Source of the DNA: Tubiluchus corallicola
Taxonomy: Eukaryota; Animalia; Priapulida
NCBI GenBank assembly: GCA_030141605.1
Contig: JAQGDQ010000096.1
Coordinates: 578,426 to 642,425, forward strand
DNA: 64,000 nucleotides
Reading direction: 5' to 3'
The notes beneath the pieces were generated by a model. It was not told the origin of the DNA. It did not search any database and saw only the letters and a program-made list of their open reading frames with translations. Positions within the stretch are counted from its first letter, which is position 1. Each line of letters begins with the position of its first letter. Positions 33,228 to 46,532 of this stretch are shown here, one piece after another. The position numbers and the translations under genes are program-made.

Positions 33228-34172
33228 GGCTGCCAGGCCATAGAAACTCATGCTTCATGCCTCACGCTTCATACTTCATGCTTCACGGCCCACTGGGCCA
33301 TAGGGGCTCATGCTCTCACGCTTCACACACGAGTCTGCGTTGCGCATTCAAAATGGAATCATCTGACGAGGAAGATTTCTTGATTTTGTTGTGTCTCAGA
33401 AGAAGGAAGCGAAAGAGACGGAGAATATGGTGCCGGGAGCATTTTTTGCTCAGAGAATCCAGAGGAGAATTTCAGCGGACATTTCAACACCTCGTGGACA
33501 ATCCTGATGAAGAACTATTTCATAATTATACAAGGATGTCGTACAAGACTTACAGTACATTAAAGTCCCTCGTGCTAGGACATCTGAAGCCATGCCATTC
33601 AAATTGGAGGAGGCCAATCGAAGCAGAACAAAAGCTCATCATAACTCTCAGGTGGTAATTACTAGTCAAAGTATGTTTGTCAGATAAGCATGCACTGACA
33701 TGACCACATAAAAAAGTAGATCTAAACACCCCCCCCCCCCGATAAAAAAGAAAGGCCACACAAAAATTCCAAAATGTTTTTGAAGGGTAAAATTTAATTA
33801 TTTTATGTTTTTCAGATATACTGACATGACCATATAATAAAAACAAAAACCGAAAAACGAAAGTGAAAAATTTGAAAAGGTTTAGGTCACAATGTCCCGT
33901 TCTAACTCTGATCGTGAAATGAATAGTCCTCAGGACCATGAGCAGTCAAAAACGCTCTGATATCCAGTCTGCCCCCGGACTCACGTCTCGAAAAAGTGAA
34001 CATGTTCACTTCTAGCTTCACGCGTGAGTCGTGAAGCTTGAAGTGTGAGGCGTGAGCGGAGGTCTATGGCGCACCGCAAATAAGATTACGTTTGTTCATT
34101 TTTCCACTCACGCGTTTAGACGTGAAGTATGAACGTGAGGCATGAAGCGTGAGTTTCTATGGCCTGGCAGCC
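33228..34172 (+). mobile_element. Internally deleted PIF/Harbinger transposon
   Basis: TIRs of about 50 bp (GGCTGCCAGGCCATAGAAACTCAYGCTTCATGCCTCACG...), flanked by TAA and TTA. It contains the transposase N-terminus. Confidence 0.9.
33353..33658 (+). pseudogene. Harbinger (HARBI1/ALP1-like) transposase N-terminal exon; DDE core deleted
   Basis: MESSDEEDFLILLCLRRRKRKRRRIWCR...RGEFQ...DEELFHNYTRMSYKTY..L...RRPIEAEQKLIITLR, ending at a CAG|GT donor-like site. Confidence 0.8.
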
Positions 34173-34200
34173 TTATGTAGTCTCTTTGCCTGAACAATGA

Positions 34201-34949
34201 TGTTGGGAGCCGAGTGGACCACTGCGCCAAGTAGACCAATTGGTCTACTTGGGCTAGCCCAAGTAGGACACTAGAGACAGGTCGCGAATTGAGTCGTTAA
34301 GTGTACTGACACCGTCCATTGTGCTTGTTTATGTAATAATAATATTAATAATTAAAAACGTTAGTACACGTTGAATAATTTATTATACATCTAATAAAAT
34401 AAAAGAATTTTATTCTGAGCTGGTAGAACGGACAATATTAATTTTGGTTTCGATATTAATGTTGTTGAAGTGAAAAAAACCACTTTTTTGCGAATACAAA
34501 ATTTGTTTAAGGTATATCATTTTTGATTTTGTCTCACTTCACAAACAGGTGATCCGTTTCACTACCTCTTGGGCAAATAATTGTTTTCTTATAAGTAAAC
34601 GTTCTAGCAATCTATGTGTCCTACATGGGCTAGCGAGCCATGTAGGACAGTGCCCTACATGTTACAATACTACTGATAATATTAAAACTAATTATCCTTG
34701 CTTTTCTTAAATGTTAAAAATTACTTTTTGGTGTTGTGAAGGCTTAGCAGCATCTGTCTTATTTTTAAATTTGCAATTATTTCTGTAAATAATAAAATGA
34801 AGAAACTTTCACAGAATTTTCAAAAATTTGACAAAATTACCGATTCTCGACAAAAATCGCTAGTGTCCTACTTGGGCTGCCCATGTAGGACACTACTTTT
34901 AGCACATCAAGTGGTCTACTTGGCGCAGTGGTCCACTCGGCTCCCAACA
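34201..34949. mobile_element. MITE with 38-bp perfect TIRs, TGT...ACA termini and a 5-bp TSD (Ginger-like)
   Basis: AATGA|TGTTGGGAGCCGAGTGGACCACTGCGCCAAGTAGACCA ... TGGTCTACTTGGCGCAGTGGTCCACTCGGCTCCCAACA|AATGA. Confidence 0.9.
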
Positions 34950-35569
34950 AATGAAGCTCTTGACACTCAGCCTTTTCCACATAAATTACATTCTTGTTAA
35001 AATAGATTTGTTCACAGTTTCAGCAGAAAATACAAAGGTGGCAAGCTGCCTGCTAAAATGGCTTTGGGGTTTGTAGAAGTGGATCTTATCCTAGCTTCTA
35101 AATGTTTATCCGAACAATTCTTAAACATGTCCACTGTGATACATCCACACCATGTCGTTATTCGTAAACGTAAAATTTTGTGTGTATGGCCTCTGTTTCT
35201 TTTCTCTTTACGTCATTCCAAACATATTCTGTATATTCTATTCTATATAATATTAATATTCATAGGAAAATAGTAACCTCTGAACTTCTTGTAGATTAAC
35301 TTTGAGCAGTAAAGTTCCAACAGTCTATTTTCGTAGTACTCTAGACTTGAAATTGTGCACATCATGTACAGCATCCTGATTGGTCTTTCACGTTTTATGT
35401 TATCACTAATATTCATAAATGATAATAATATTTTTTTGCAGGTGAGGTTAGTCAGATGATTCAGACAAGATTTTAACTTAACAGAGCTATATTTATATTC
35501 TACTTTTTAATGTTGGAACTATTATAACTGTCAATTTTATGTTAAGTGACATTGCAACACATTTTTTAG

Positions 35570-38500
35570 GTGCCAATTCAAAGAAAGTCTCAATCAGAAT
35601 TGTCGACAAGCCACACAACAATGGGTAAGAAAAATTTAAATACTTGAACATCAGCAGCACTTATCGTAATATATGTAGTGAAGATCGGGTGCGATTGCCA
35701 AGAGCAGTAATATACAAGCCCTAGCAGACTTTTATGCCTGAAATGAATGTATAAAAGCCAAAAATTGTAGTATTGTGCAGTAAGCCTTTTCACAGTTCCA
35801 GTGCTTGATGATGATCGTGAAGAGATCAAAGGTTAAGTGTACCAGGCAACGCATTTGTGTCCACTTGACATTGCCTCGCAACCCTTGCCATTGTAATAGC
35901 AATAGTTTTAACAACTAGCTACAACTTACTTAGTTCATTTTTTCTTGTTTCCAAGCAAGATTCTGTTAGTAAATCATTCTATGCACTTGTAGACTAATGC
36001 ATAGTTATGTAAAGTTTGTGTAAAACAACTGAAGTTATTGAACTGGTGCAGCAAACAGCTTTGCTTTACACACATATCACATGACGGTTGTAGTTAAGAC
36101 AGGTTACTGTGGTACACTTAACCCCTGACATGTAGCAACTATGCATGTGCATAATGTAACTGTGAGAAGGCTTATTCAAGAAGAATTCTTGAGTATCGTT
36201 TCTGAAGGAATTTCGCTGCTCCTAAAAACACGGAAATTTTCTACTACGTAAATAGACTATTGCAATTTAATTTTGCTTTAGAGATAGATAATTATTAAAA
36301 TAGGTTTGACATTAATTTGCATTTACAGTAAGTTAACTTTAGATACAGTGTACTGGAGATGTTTGAAACTGATGATTGAAGTTACACTAACCTGTACCTA
36401 GAATATAATTGTGGGCAAGAATGTAGAACCTGTCTTTGCTTTAAGTCTGCATTGGAAATGATCCTTCATTTGAAAAGTATAGCAGAGAACTTATAACCTA
36501 CTTTGAAAAAACTTTTTAGGTTAAAAGTTTCTTTATCTGAGTGTAACAGTTACAATATAGTTAATAGCAGGAGAGGTGGTCACTGAATGCAATCAGTGAT
36601 GGCTTAGAGGTTAGGTACCTAAACAATGTCTATTCAGAAATAGGCATTTGAACAGTTCAATGAAATTTTTTATGTGTTGTGGTATCATAATTGACGTCTA
36701 ACATAATGTCAATCATTTTCCTTGACTGTCCAATCAGCGTGCAAGTTATTTCACACACCCCTGCAGCAGGTACGTTCGGAACATTTAGCTCCGTCTAAAC
36801 TGTTATGAATAATACTCAACTTTTCATTAGTTAGCGGGAGAAATATTGGTCTGGTTCTAGATTTAATTATTGTGAATTTGGAATTGCATGTAAATTAGTG
36901 GAAATATATATAGTCTAGTTTTGTTTATGGGAAGAAATGCACAACGCTTACATCTATGAGTTGCTGACTAAACGATTTTGCAATCAAGAAAATATGCATT
37001 TAGTTTATGTTTAGTTTAGATTATGGCTTTGCTAAAAACAAATAGATAAAAACAACTATTTGATTAACTTTAAATGAGGACAAAACAAAATGTTTTCTTT
37101 TCTGGCCCGTATTTTATAAACCTCAATGAGATCTTCACAGTCAAAATTAATTCAAATATGGTCAAAACTTATAAACTTATATTATACGTCAATGTAATAT
37201 TAGCTAATTTTACGCTATTTTTCTGGTCATAATCAAGATTAAAAGATACCATTGGGATTTATGTGAATCGGGCATTCAATATAAGGGTTGTCTGTGGAAT
37301 GGAACAGTCAAATTAATTCCATTTTCATAGCCTGACAAACGAAAAAATACAAAAACTTAATAAATCTTGCAGACAAGCACATGATCAATTAATATAGAAA
37401 AATACATCGCAGGCTTGATGTTCGTATGTGTAAAGGCAAGAGAGACCTAATATTTTTGTTGCTCATTTATCGCAAAGCAAAGCTAATTGGCTTAATTTAT
37501 TTATTAATCTTATGTCTCTGTATTTTGTAGTGGTTTGAAACTTCGTCTCTACACTGTATAAATTGAAAAGTCATTTTTTGGCTACTTAAAGTGTTAATTT
37601 CGTTTAAAAATAGTTGCTGCTTTGCAAATCTGTGTTTATGAAAAAGCGCAATCAGTTTGTCTGCTGATTAGACATTAGTTGTGACTGTCATGTTGTTTAG
37701 TTCAGTTTAACTTAGCTTAGACAGTTGTTATTCAGTGTGAGCTGTTGTCCCGAGTGTTGCTGAGCGTGCTTACGTTGCAGCGGGGGCGGAGCGATAGACC
37801 AATATGCTTGACGTCAATAGGAGAGTGAGTAAATGATTATACATTGCTTTGTGGTTAGTAGTAGATTCCTGAGTCTGATTAGTTGGAGAAAATGTTTGTG
37901 GCCTTTGGGGTGTGATTAGGATATCAAGGTATTAAGCAAATAAGTCGAGATAATTACTCCAGTTTACTTCGAGTTACGTGTGAGGTACTAATAAGATACA
38001 GACAATAAATGTAAACTTCTTTACAAATGTTTCTAAATACTCACTACTGTTTTAGCTAGTACAAAAATGTGCTCAATGTGCAGAAGTAGGCCTACATATG
38101 CTTTCAACTTGCTACTGTCTGCAGAGATTTTCTTGCTCATCAATTGTTAAAAAAACCATTCTTGTTCTGACCTTGTTCAGAACAGACAATTTCCAGATTT
38201 CCTATATGAAGGTTGTCACAAAATAAGAATAATTGTGTTTGGTAATAACAAAGTTGTGTTCTGTTTTCAGAGCGTTTGATTTTGGGGACAATTCTGGACC
38301 CGAAGAAAAAGTCCTGATGTTGAACGTTCAACCTGCACCGTTTTCGGGGCCACCACAATTTCAACGTTTAGTTGGAAAATGCTTCACTTACACGACAGAC
38401 AAGTATGTTGTTATGTTGTTGCTAATCCAGTTTTTGTGCATCCGGTCGAAGAGCCCTGAATTCTGGATTTAACTTTCATCAGCTGCTAACTAACTTTGAC

Positions 38501-41500
38501 TTTTCAGATATAAATGTGAGGGAAAAAGTAAAAGATTTTGGCAGGTTTAGTTGTCCTGCATCTATATGTAATCCCACATGAATTCAGAATTACATAGCAC
38601 ACATAAAAAATTGAAAACAGACTATAAAAATTATTTACAATAAAAAATGTTGAGTTAATAGAATAATAATAAAATGTCTAGGGAAGGTGCCTATAAAAAT
38701 TGCACTTATTAACACCTATTTTGTTAATAGTGCAATTGACATTATGTGACTCAATTACACCGCAGTGTAGAATATTTTCATGCAAATCAGTCATTTCTCT
38801 TAAAACACCAATTTTACTTTTAATATCAACAAGAATTTTCTTATAGTAATTATTTACAATGTCAGTATTTAGAGATGTCAAATTATGAGTCACATATCTT
38901 ATTTCTGAGCATAATGTTTCTGTGACATTGTTACAAAAGGATGAAAATTGGTTACAAGTAGCAGTGTGAGCCACGTGAGTAACCATTGGCACGTGATGAT
39001 ATGAGTCACATATCTTATTTCTGAGTATAATGTTTCTGTGACATTGTTACAAAAGGATGAAAATTGGTTACAAGTAGCTGTGTGAACCACGCGAGTAACC
39101 TGTGGCACGTGATGATTTAAAACATGGTTTCCAAATTTGCTGAATCTTAGTTTAAAATTGATTTCTGAAGGTAAACAATCAGAAAGAACAGTAATGATAT
39201 TACAGTATGTTCTAGGATATAAGCGCCATATTTTTCGAAGAGAATTTTTCCATGCAGCACATAATTTAGCAACAGTGATTAGATATGTTCTAAAATGGTA
39301 TGCCGTAAAAACTACAACAGTATTGTTTAAACAATTTACATTGTAAATATATATTCTGTATGATGTTTTACCTGTACTAATAATGTTTGATGTTTTCACA
39401 GTTATCATTATTTGCTAGAATTCTGAAAAGGCTTAGTTCTTGAATGTAAAAGGCATGAGAAAAAGTTTAAAGTTGTGGCAGATTCATCTGTATGTATCCA
39501 TTGTAACGTTTTACAAATTATCATTGCAGATACAAGTACGAGTTTTGTCCATTTCACAATTTCACACAGCATGAGCAGAGCATGAGGTGGAACCCTTACA
39601 GTGGTGTGGTTGGGTAAGTGTTACCCTTATCATACATGAATTGGGGACCCGAAATGGACACTCTCATTTTCATCCTTGTATTTTGTGTTATAACTTTATA
39701 ACGTGTCATGCTGCCAAGTTGCTGAGCCAGATAACTAGGATTTTTATATGTAAACCGCCAAGTAATCAGTGATGAAGTGATGAGTGCTTATATTGACTCT
39801 TTCTCTGCGTATTTGCTTTCTAAATGGGCTGCATTATTTTTGCATATTTGACAATAACTTCTTGTGGTGTGTTATTAACACAGAATCTTTTAAATAGACA
39901 AATATTTGTTTGTTATTAAGCACTAATATTGAATATTAGTTTTATTTGTACACCCTCGCACACATGTGCACACATACATGCACTCACTCACGCATGCGTG
40001 CATGTTCACACTTACACAAATAAGCGCGTACTTATATTTTTAGAAACCAATTTCCATACTTTGCAATCAGTTTATAAGAACAAGCTACTAAACACACCAA
40101 TCATCAGCTAGTGATTTTGAGTGAGAACGTACCATACACTACAATATTGTAGAATGCACTTGGCTGCAGACGGTGATTGGCTGGTCAGCGTTACTTGTTG
40201 CGAAGCAACCCCAATCCCATGACTGTTAAATTTTTCTACAGTGCTTTTGTATGACCATAGCGGCAAAACAAACAGACCCCGGGTGACAGTGGTTCGTGAT
40301 AATCTGTGATAAATCTGTGATAATACAAAATTCTAACAAATTGTGACTGTGTTCTGTCATTTGTTGTTAAAAAGTTAAAGTAGCGTTGCTGGAAAATAGA
40401 GGCTAGATGTGACTAATGCTAGATGCTAGATGAAAATATATACATTGTTTGATTGAATAGTGGAATTACTGCTTAGGTAAATTGTTATTTCAATGTTAGT
40501 GTGTGGCAGCAGTGGCAAATTACCAACAATACCTTTGAAGCCATGTTGATGGAAGAGGGTGAGCCATGTGGCAATATTACTAGGACGGTTGCAGTAAGTG
40601 CCATGTTTCATTTAATCTCATTAACTAATAACATCAGGCACGTCATCAAGAGTAAAGAAAATAAGCTAGAAAGTTGTGTGTTACAGTATTCAGTGTTTAT
40701 TATGTTAAAGGAAAACGGTTCCCAGTTTTAGGTTATAACTCAGATGTAGCAACAGTGTAAAATATTTCACGTGCAAATTATTATTTTTAAATGACATGTG
40801 TTAAAGAAGTGTTACCCCAGAAGCTTATTTTACCAGTTTCTTAGTGTTGTCCACTTGCAGCCATATTCAGCTAGATGGGCAGCAACATTTGATTCTTGGA
40901 AATGCTGTTAAAAATTCAGCTCTGTATCGAATTAACAGAACGGTTGATAATTAGACAGTCCACTTGTGATGTCAGGCTAGCCTCATGAAATGACACAATA
41001 GGTCAGCTATAAACTAGAAATCCTGGATGGTGGTCCTCCGGTCGGCCACAAAAAAATCGTTTTTGTCTTATCTGTTGAGCTCAAATGATGTCAGTAGGGA
41101 GGGAGAAAACATTTTTTTAAAGCTTTTTGAATGTTTAAAGGAGAATCATGGAATATTTAAAATCAGTTGAAATCAGAGTTTGTTTATTTCCCACTGGTTA
41201 GCAGGAATGTTTTAAATTTTTTCAATGCACATTTTTTCACCCTTTTTTATTTAGTTTCGCATTACTAACTTATCGTATAACGATCAAATTATTAATAAAA
41301 AATCATAAAATTATATATTATAAAATTTATCGGCCGGGTGTGCGATAAAAAATATTACCCAGGTGATTAGTTGGAAAACAGAAGCATTTTCTTGTCAGCT
41401 TCAGTTGGGTGGCCAAGTTGTATAGATTTTATATTTCAACCGCATGGCCTTGAGTTTGAGACTAGCAGCTGTCAATGCCATGTTATTTGTTATTTTTGCA

Positions 41501-44500
41501 TTGCCTCTTTCCCTGTATTGTTGTAAGTGTAAGTTGCTAAGTAAACATTTGTGCTAATGTTGTCTGTTAAATGAGTGACAATAAATAAATATTGTCTTTG
41601 TCTAAATTGTGAAGTCAAAATTTGCTTACTTTTTGTCTTCACCTCAACGTTTGCCATGTTGCAATTTTTGCTTTTGCAAACAGGTTCAAACACTCAGGAA
41701 GGCATTGCTATCATTGTTTTTATTATAACTTTATTTGAGTATATAAACATATACATGCGCCTTCTATATGCAGGGCTATAACTGCTAACAGTATTTACAT
41801 GACATTTTTAACAATTGTTGTAGCATTGTGTTAGTATTAGCTGCTTAACTGACTTTGACATCGATTACATAAGATTAATTAATCCCGTTAAGTTAGTGAC
41901 AAAATATTATCTAGTAAAATATTAGCAAAATTAATTAAAATCAAACTATCACGACAAATTAACATATAATTAATATACTGCTGCTGTAAAACACTTACAA
42001 AGTTTTCTCTTTTAGTGCGATTTTACAAATTCACATTCAAAAAACAAATCATGTAGAGATTGCTTCCTCTCTAAACACTGGCACATATTATTTTCTGCAT
42101 ACCCAATATTGAATAGGAAATCATTAAAACTGGAAAATTGTGCCTAGCATCATCAGCAACATCACCGTTGTTGTGCTCGTGTGTGACTAAGTGAATTTCT
42201 AAGTAAATGAAATGAATTTCAGATATGGGGAAAAACTGTCAAAGAGCATATATTATGTAGTAAAATTATGTTAGGCCAAAATAAGCTGCCATTTAAAAAA
42301 TTGTCCATTTCTACTTAAGCCATTTTACTGAAAATCACAAGCAAGAATCAAAGGAAAGCATTTTGTGGGTTAGAATGTTCTCCCGTAACGAATGCAGAAT
42401 TTTGATACGAGTCTTGTCTTCAATAGCTTTGACACCCTTGACTCTTTTCTGTGCTTTTCAGAAATACAATACCAGATATTTTATACGCAATATCTAGCTT
42501 TAAACGAGTTTAACTAAAGCTAATGCTATGGCTAAACAAGCAAACAAATTCTATCAAAAAAAACTATTGTTGTTTTAAATGTGCATTTCTAGTTTTCTAG
42601 ATTTTTTACAGTGTTAAATTCAAAACTGCCATTTGGTATGATAAGATTTGATCGTTATCATCCTTGATAATGGCCCAGTGGCATGACTGAGACATTGCTC
42701 TATTAATGTTTATTGTAAGAATGAGACTTTGATATATTTGTTTGAATTTGACTATAGTATTTTCCTAATGTTAAAGTGATATTGCAGATTTATTTCACCT
42801 GTGGCTCCAGTAATAAGATGGTGGAAGTGAAGGAGCCGCGCAAATGTAGGTATGTGTCACGGTTTGAGACTCCACTGGTTTGTCATCCCGATGCCATGTT
42901 AGTGTATCCCAGACTGCCTAGTAACTTGCAGCACAAGTGGGATAGGCTTGAAACAGATCTGGTTAATGGGCTTCTTACAAATAAGGTGAGCTGAGTTATT
43001 TATGCAGCTGTTACAGTGTACAAGCAGTTAAACCGTCATGGTACTTATTTTTCAATTTGGAATGTCCAGAAAAGCAAAAAACCATCATTTTGGTCATTTT
43101 CCAACTTTTTTGCAAACTGAGTTGACATGTGAAGAACATTTCTGTGCACAGCATATCATTGAAAGAGCATTCAGCATAGGGTGTACTAAACATAGGTTTG
43201 CGGGAAGGCCCACGATTTTCTGCATTCTGCATTTTCTTGAAACACCACTTACAGGAAATGTTCGTTTGGCACTTAGACTCTTGGAGAGAGTTACTGGGCT
43301 ACATGATGATATGGGTCTTTTTTAAACACAGTTTCAGCCAGATGAATTACTATGAGTTTGCTCCAGGTTTCATTTTTGAGAATTTTCTCTCAGAAGCTAT
43401 ATGATGGATACCAGTGTCATGACACTCATCCAGTTATACTCTGTCTATAAATGTTGCTTATAAACTGCTTTCGGTACGTAAATGCACACTGTCAAGCTAT
43501 TACAATCGCTAACTGGGTCAAAAATAATAAACAAACATTATCGTGCGTTATTGATTATGTTCATATATTATATACAAAATTTTTTGCCGTGTTTTGTCTA
43601 GTTTCTAGTAAGCGTGATTACTAATGGTACTTTTATTTTATTAACTGCCTACTTAGATCTATAGATTTGCGCAACATAATATGGTCATTTTGCCTTTATT
43701 AAACCTTTTCCATTATTTCGCGAATGTTTCTTCTACGCATTTAAGCTGAAATTTTGTTAAGTAGAAAGTAATTAGTAATGGATTACTGAGAAGTGTAGTC
43801 TGAAAATTTTCAATCATTAGCCATTTGCTTGTGAGCACATGTGAAATGCATACTGGAATATTAATTTTTGTTAGAAATACGTAACACATAACATTACTGT
43901 ATAATTTTTATTGGTTTCTTATAGATAATAAACTAAGCTATTTGGCTAACATTAACTAATCATTAACATGGCAAATTTGATAACAATGTTATGTTTTGCA
44001 ATTTGTGTTACAATTGATATATTTTTACAACAGATATTTAAATGCATAAGTACAGTTTAATTAAAGTCTTGTTAACTTGTATTGATCACTTCATTTTATA
44101 TTAGATATAGTGTGTTGGTTAAATAACCTTTCTGCTGAAAAACCTGTAGAAAGTGCAGTGTGATTTATAGACTAGAATCTTCCGTTTTGGTTGTGAACAA
44201 AGAATTACTTTCTAGGAATGTCTCTCTCTTGTCTATATGTTAATCTAGGATTTTGAATCACAGCCGAGCAAATGTTCTGCTAATGGACTAAATTTACATT
44301 GTACCATAGTACATTGCACTGCCATTAATAATCAGAATGGTTAGACCCGGATGTCTGTATCATTAGGTGTGCCCAAGATGTTTTTATGATATGATTACCA
44401 TTAGTACGAAACACAACTGTAGCTCACTTTTGTGATGTGTGTGTGTTACGTAAGTATGTTTAATTCAGCCAGTTTATGTTTCAGGGTTACTTTAAACAGC

Positions 44501-46532
44501 TGCGAATGATATTCGAAGAGGCTGGGATTCAGATGAGCGAGACATTACATGCAAAATTGAAAGAAGAAGCAAAAGAGAAAGAAAAACAGCAAAAGCAGGA
44601 AAAGTTTGATAATCTTAATAAATGCAATAGTGTAAGTATAACTTTGCACGTGTATTTTAAAATTATCATTGTTTACCACATACTTTTTGGGCATGTATTT
44701 TGAAATTATCATTGTTTACCTGTACCTGGAAATACATTACTGTTTGTTGTAAGAATTCAAAGGTCGCCGTCGCAAGTTCAAAAGGTGAATTTTTCCCCAT
44801 GGTGACTTCATGTGACTGAAGAGTTGGAACTACTGTTTACAATCTCAAGTTCACAAGCTGTTACATTGGCTATTCTAAACAAGCTTATAAGTTTTAGTAA
44901 ATCAAATAGTTGTTCCAGCTGTTGACTTTTTGATAATGGCAGTGGCAGCATGAATTAACCATAGCTTTAGTAAGAAAAGAAGCCAGAATTCAATTTTCCT
45001 ATGATAGAGATTTACATATTATTTTGATTTAGGTGAATATCAAATTTACTATTCTTACATGTTTCTACAGTGTGGCAGTGTAGTGTTGCACTGCCTATTG
45101 GTTGCCTTGTTTAATTAGATGGTTATTGAGTGTTTTACTGTGTACCATTTGGCAGATTAACAGGTTCTTAATAGTGTTATGTTTTAGATGTCTCTGGTTT
45201 GTTAAGACTAGTTGCACTTGGCAGTTGGAGCATTAATAATGTTGAGTATTAACAAAGGTTCTTTGCAAATGGCTGCCTAGTGTGCGGAATTCTGAACATA
45301 CCACTATAGTTAAATCTGTAATATCCAAAGATGACTGAACCCATCAATCGCAGATAAAGATGCCACAAATAAGTTTTCTGATCACTTGCTTTGAATAAAG
45401 AAATTCTTTCTTGCAGGAGTATCAGCATCTAAAGCGAACAGTCGAACATTTGAAAAAATTATTGAAAGATAATGGAATTCAAATTCCAAATGAAGGTTTG
45501 TTTCACAATTTCATTAGTAAGAAATTTTGTTACATTCATTGGTTTGTAATTACCGAGAAACTTACTGAGTGGGCTTGTTTGCATGCAGCAGAAATTTTTC
45601 ATTTCTGTGTAGATTTATAGTAACTATTTAAACTTTTTTTAAACAGTAACTATTCAAACACTATAGAACTGCAATTGTGTTATAAGTCATTGATGACTCA
45701 GGAATAACTTCTTTTTAAGTTTGTAAATGTGAAACTTGCATCAGAAGTTTGTCTATCTAACAGGGAGAGGCAGTGTTGGGTTCCTTACTTTTGAAAAGTA
45801 TTTTGTAATGATTACTGATTACTTCCGAAAAATTGTACTCAAATTACTCGTCACTGTTATAGTTAGTTTTTACGCATTTTCAAAATCAAATTCATGGCCA
45901 TATTGCCATTCATTTTCTCTAAAGCTTCTGCTTGTTGAGTTGATAACGAAGCCTTGATCTTTGTAACCTGTATCCATTGCAAACAACAGTAAACACACAA
46001 TAGCGTTCAGCCGTGTTATTTTGCTGAGCTAGGAACTACTTAGTAGAGTAAATTATCCTAATGACAGATTTAGGCACATTGCTTCAGCATTTAACTGATT
46101 TCACTAAAGTCAACGTGCCCAAACAGATGCATACTTTTTATTAAAGTATCACTGAAACTAGCACACAAGGGCAGTGAATAATCATTATGGGATTGCCCAT
46201 CCTAAAAATAATCAGTAATGAGCAATTTGATTACAGTTTTATAGAAGTAATTAGTTCCCAATAAATAATCGACAGTAAATTCAATTTTGTTGAAGTTAAT
46301 TTATTTGAAAAAATATGGATGATTCTATTAAGATGCCTTCGTTAAATTTTACGTTTACATCTTGCAAAAAATTCCTAAATATTAAGATACTTCTATTGGC
46401 TCTGTTTTGGCCAAATTGCAGTAACACAATATCCCACTATTTGTTACAGAACTAAATGATGTGAAACCAATAGAGGGAACTGACTACTTTGATGACTATC
46501 ATATGGAGAACTTCTTGAATGATGATGAATAG
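35570..46532 (+). CDS. GNPTG: N-acetylglucosamine-1-phosphotransferase subunit gamma. Exons: 35570-35624, 38271-38402, 39530-39613, 40500-40593, 42788-42985, 44485-44631, 45417-45495, 46450-46532; the signal-peptide exon is unresolved
   Basis: The spliced protein has the MRH domain [58 protein letters not shown], then [27 protein letters not shown]...QHKWD.LE.DL, GY.KQLR.IFEEAG and a C-terminal coiled region, all as in vertebrate GNPTG. Introns are GT-AG and in phase. Confidence 0.94.
38678..39330 (-). mobile_element. LINE RT C-terminal relic with a 116-bp tandem duplication (38884-39116)
   Basis: [31 protein letters not shown]...RFSKF motif. TATGAGTCACATATCTTATTTCTGAG occurs at 38884 and 39000. 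Confidence 0.65.
45771..46260. mobile_element. Diverged second copy of the hAT MITE family seen at 19073-19720
   Basis: Starts CAGTGTTGG and shares the block GATTTCACTAAAG..CCAAACAGATG..ATCACT.AAACTAGCACA..ATCAGTAATGAG.AATTTGATTACA with 19530-19665. Confidence 0.65.
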
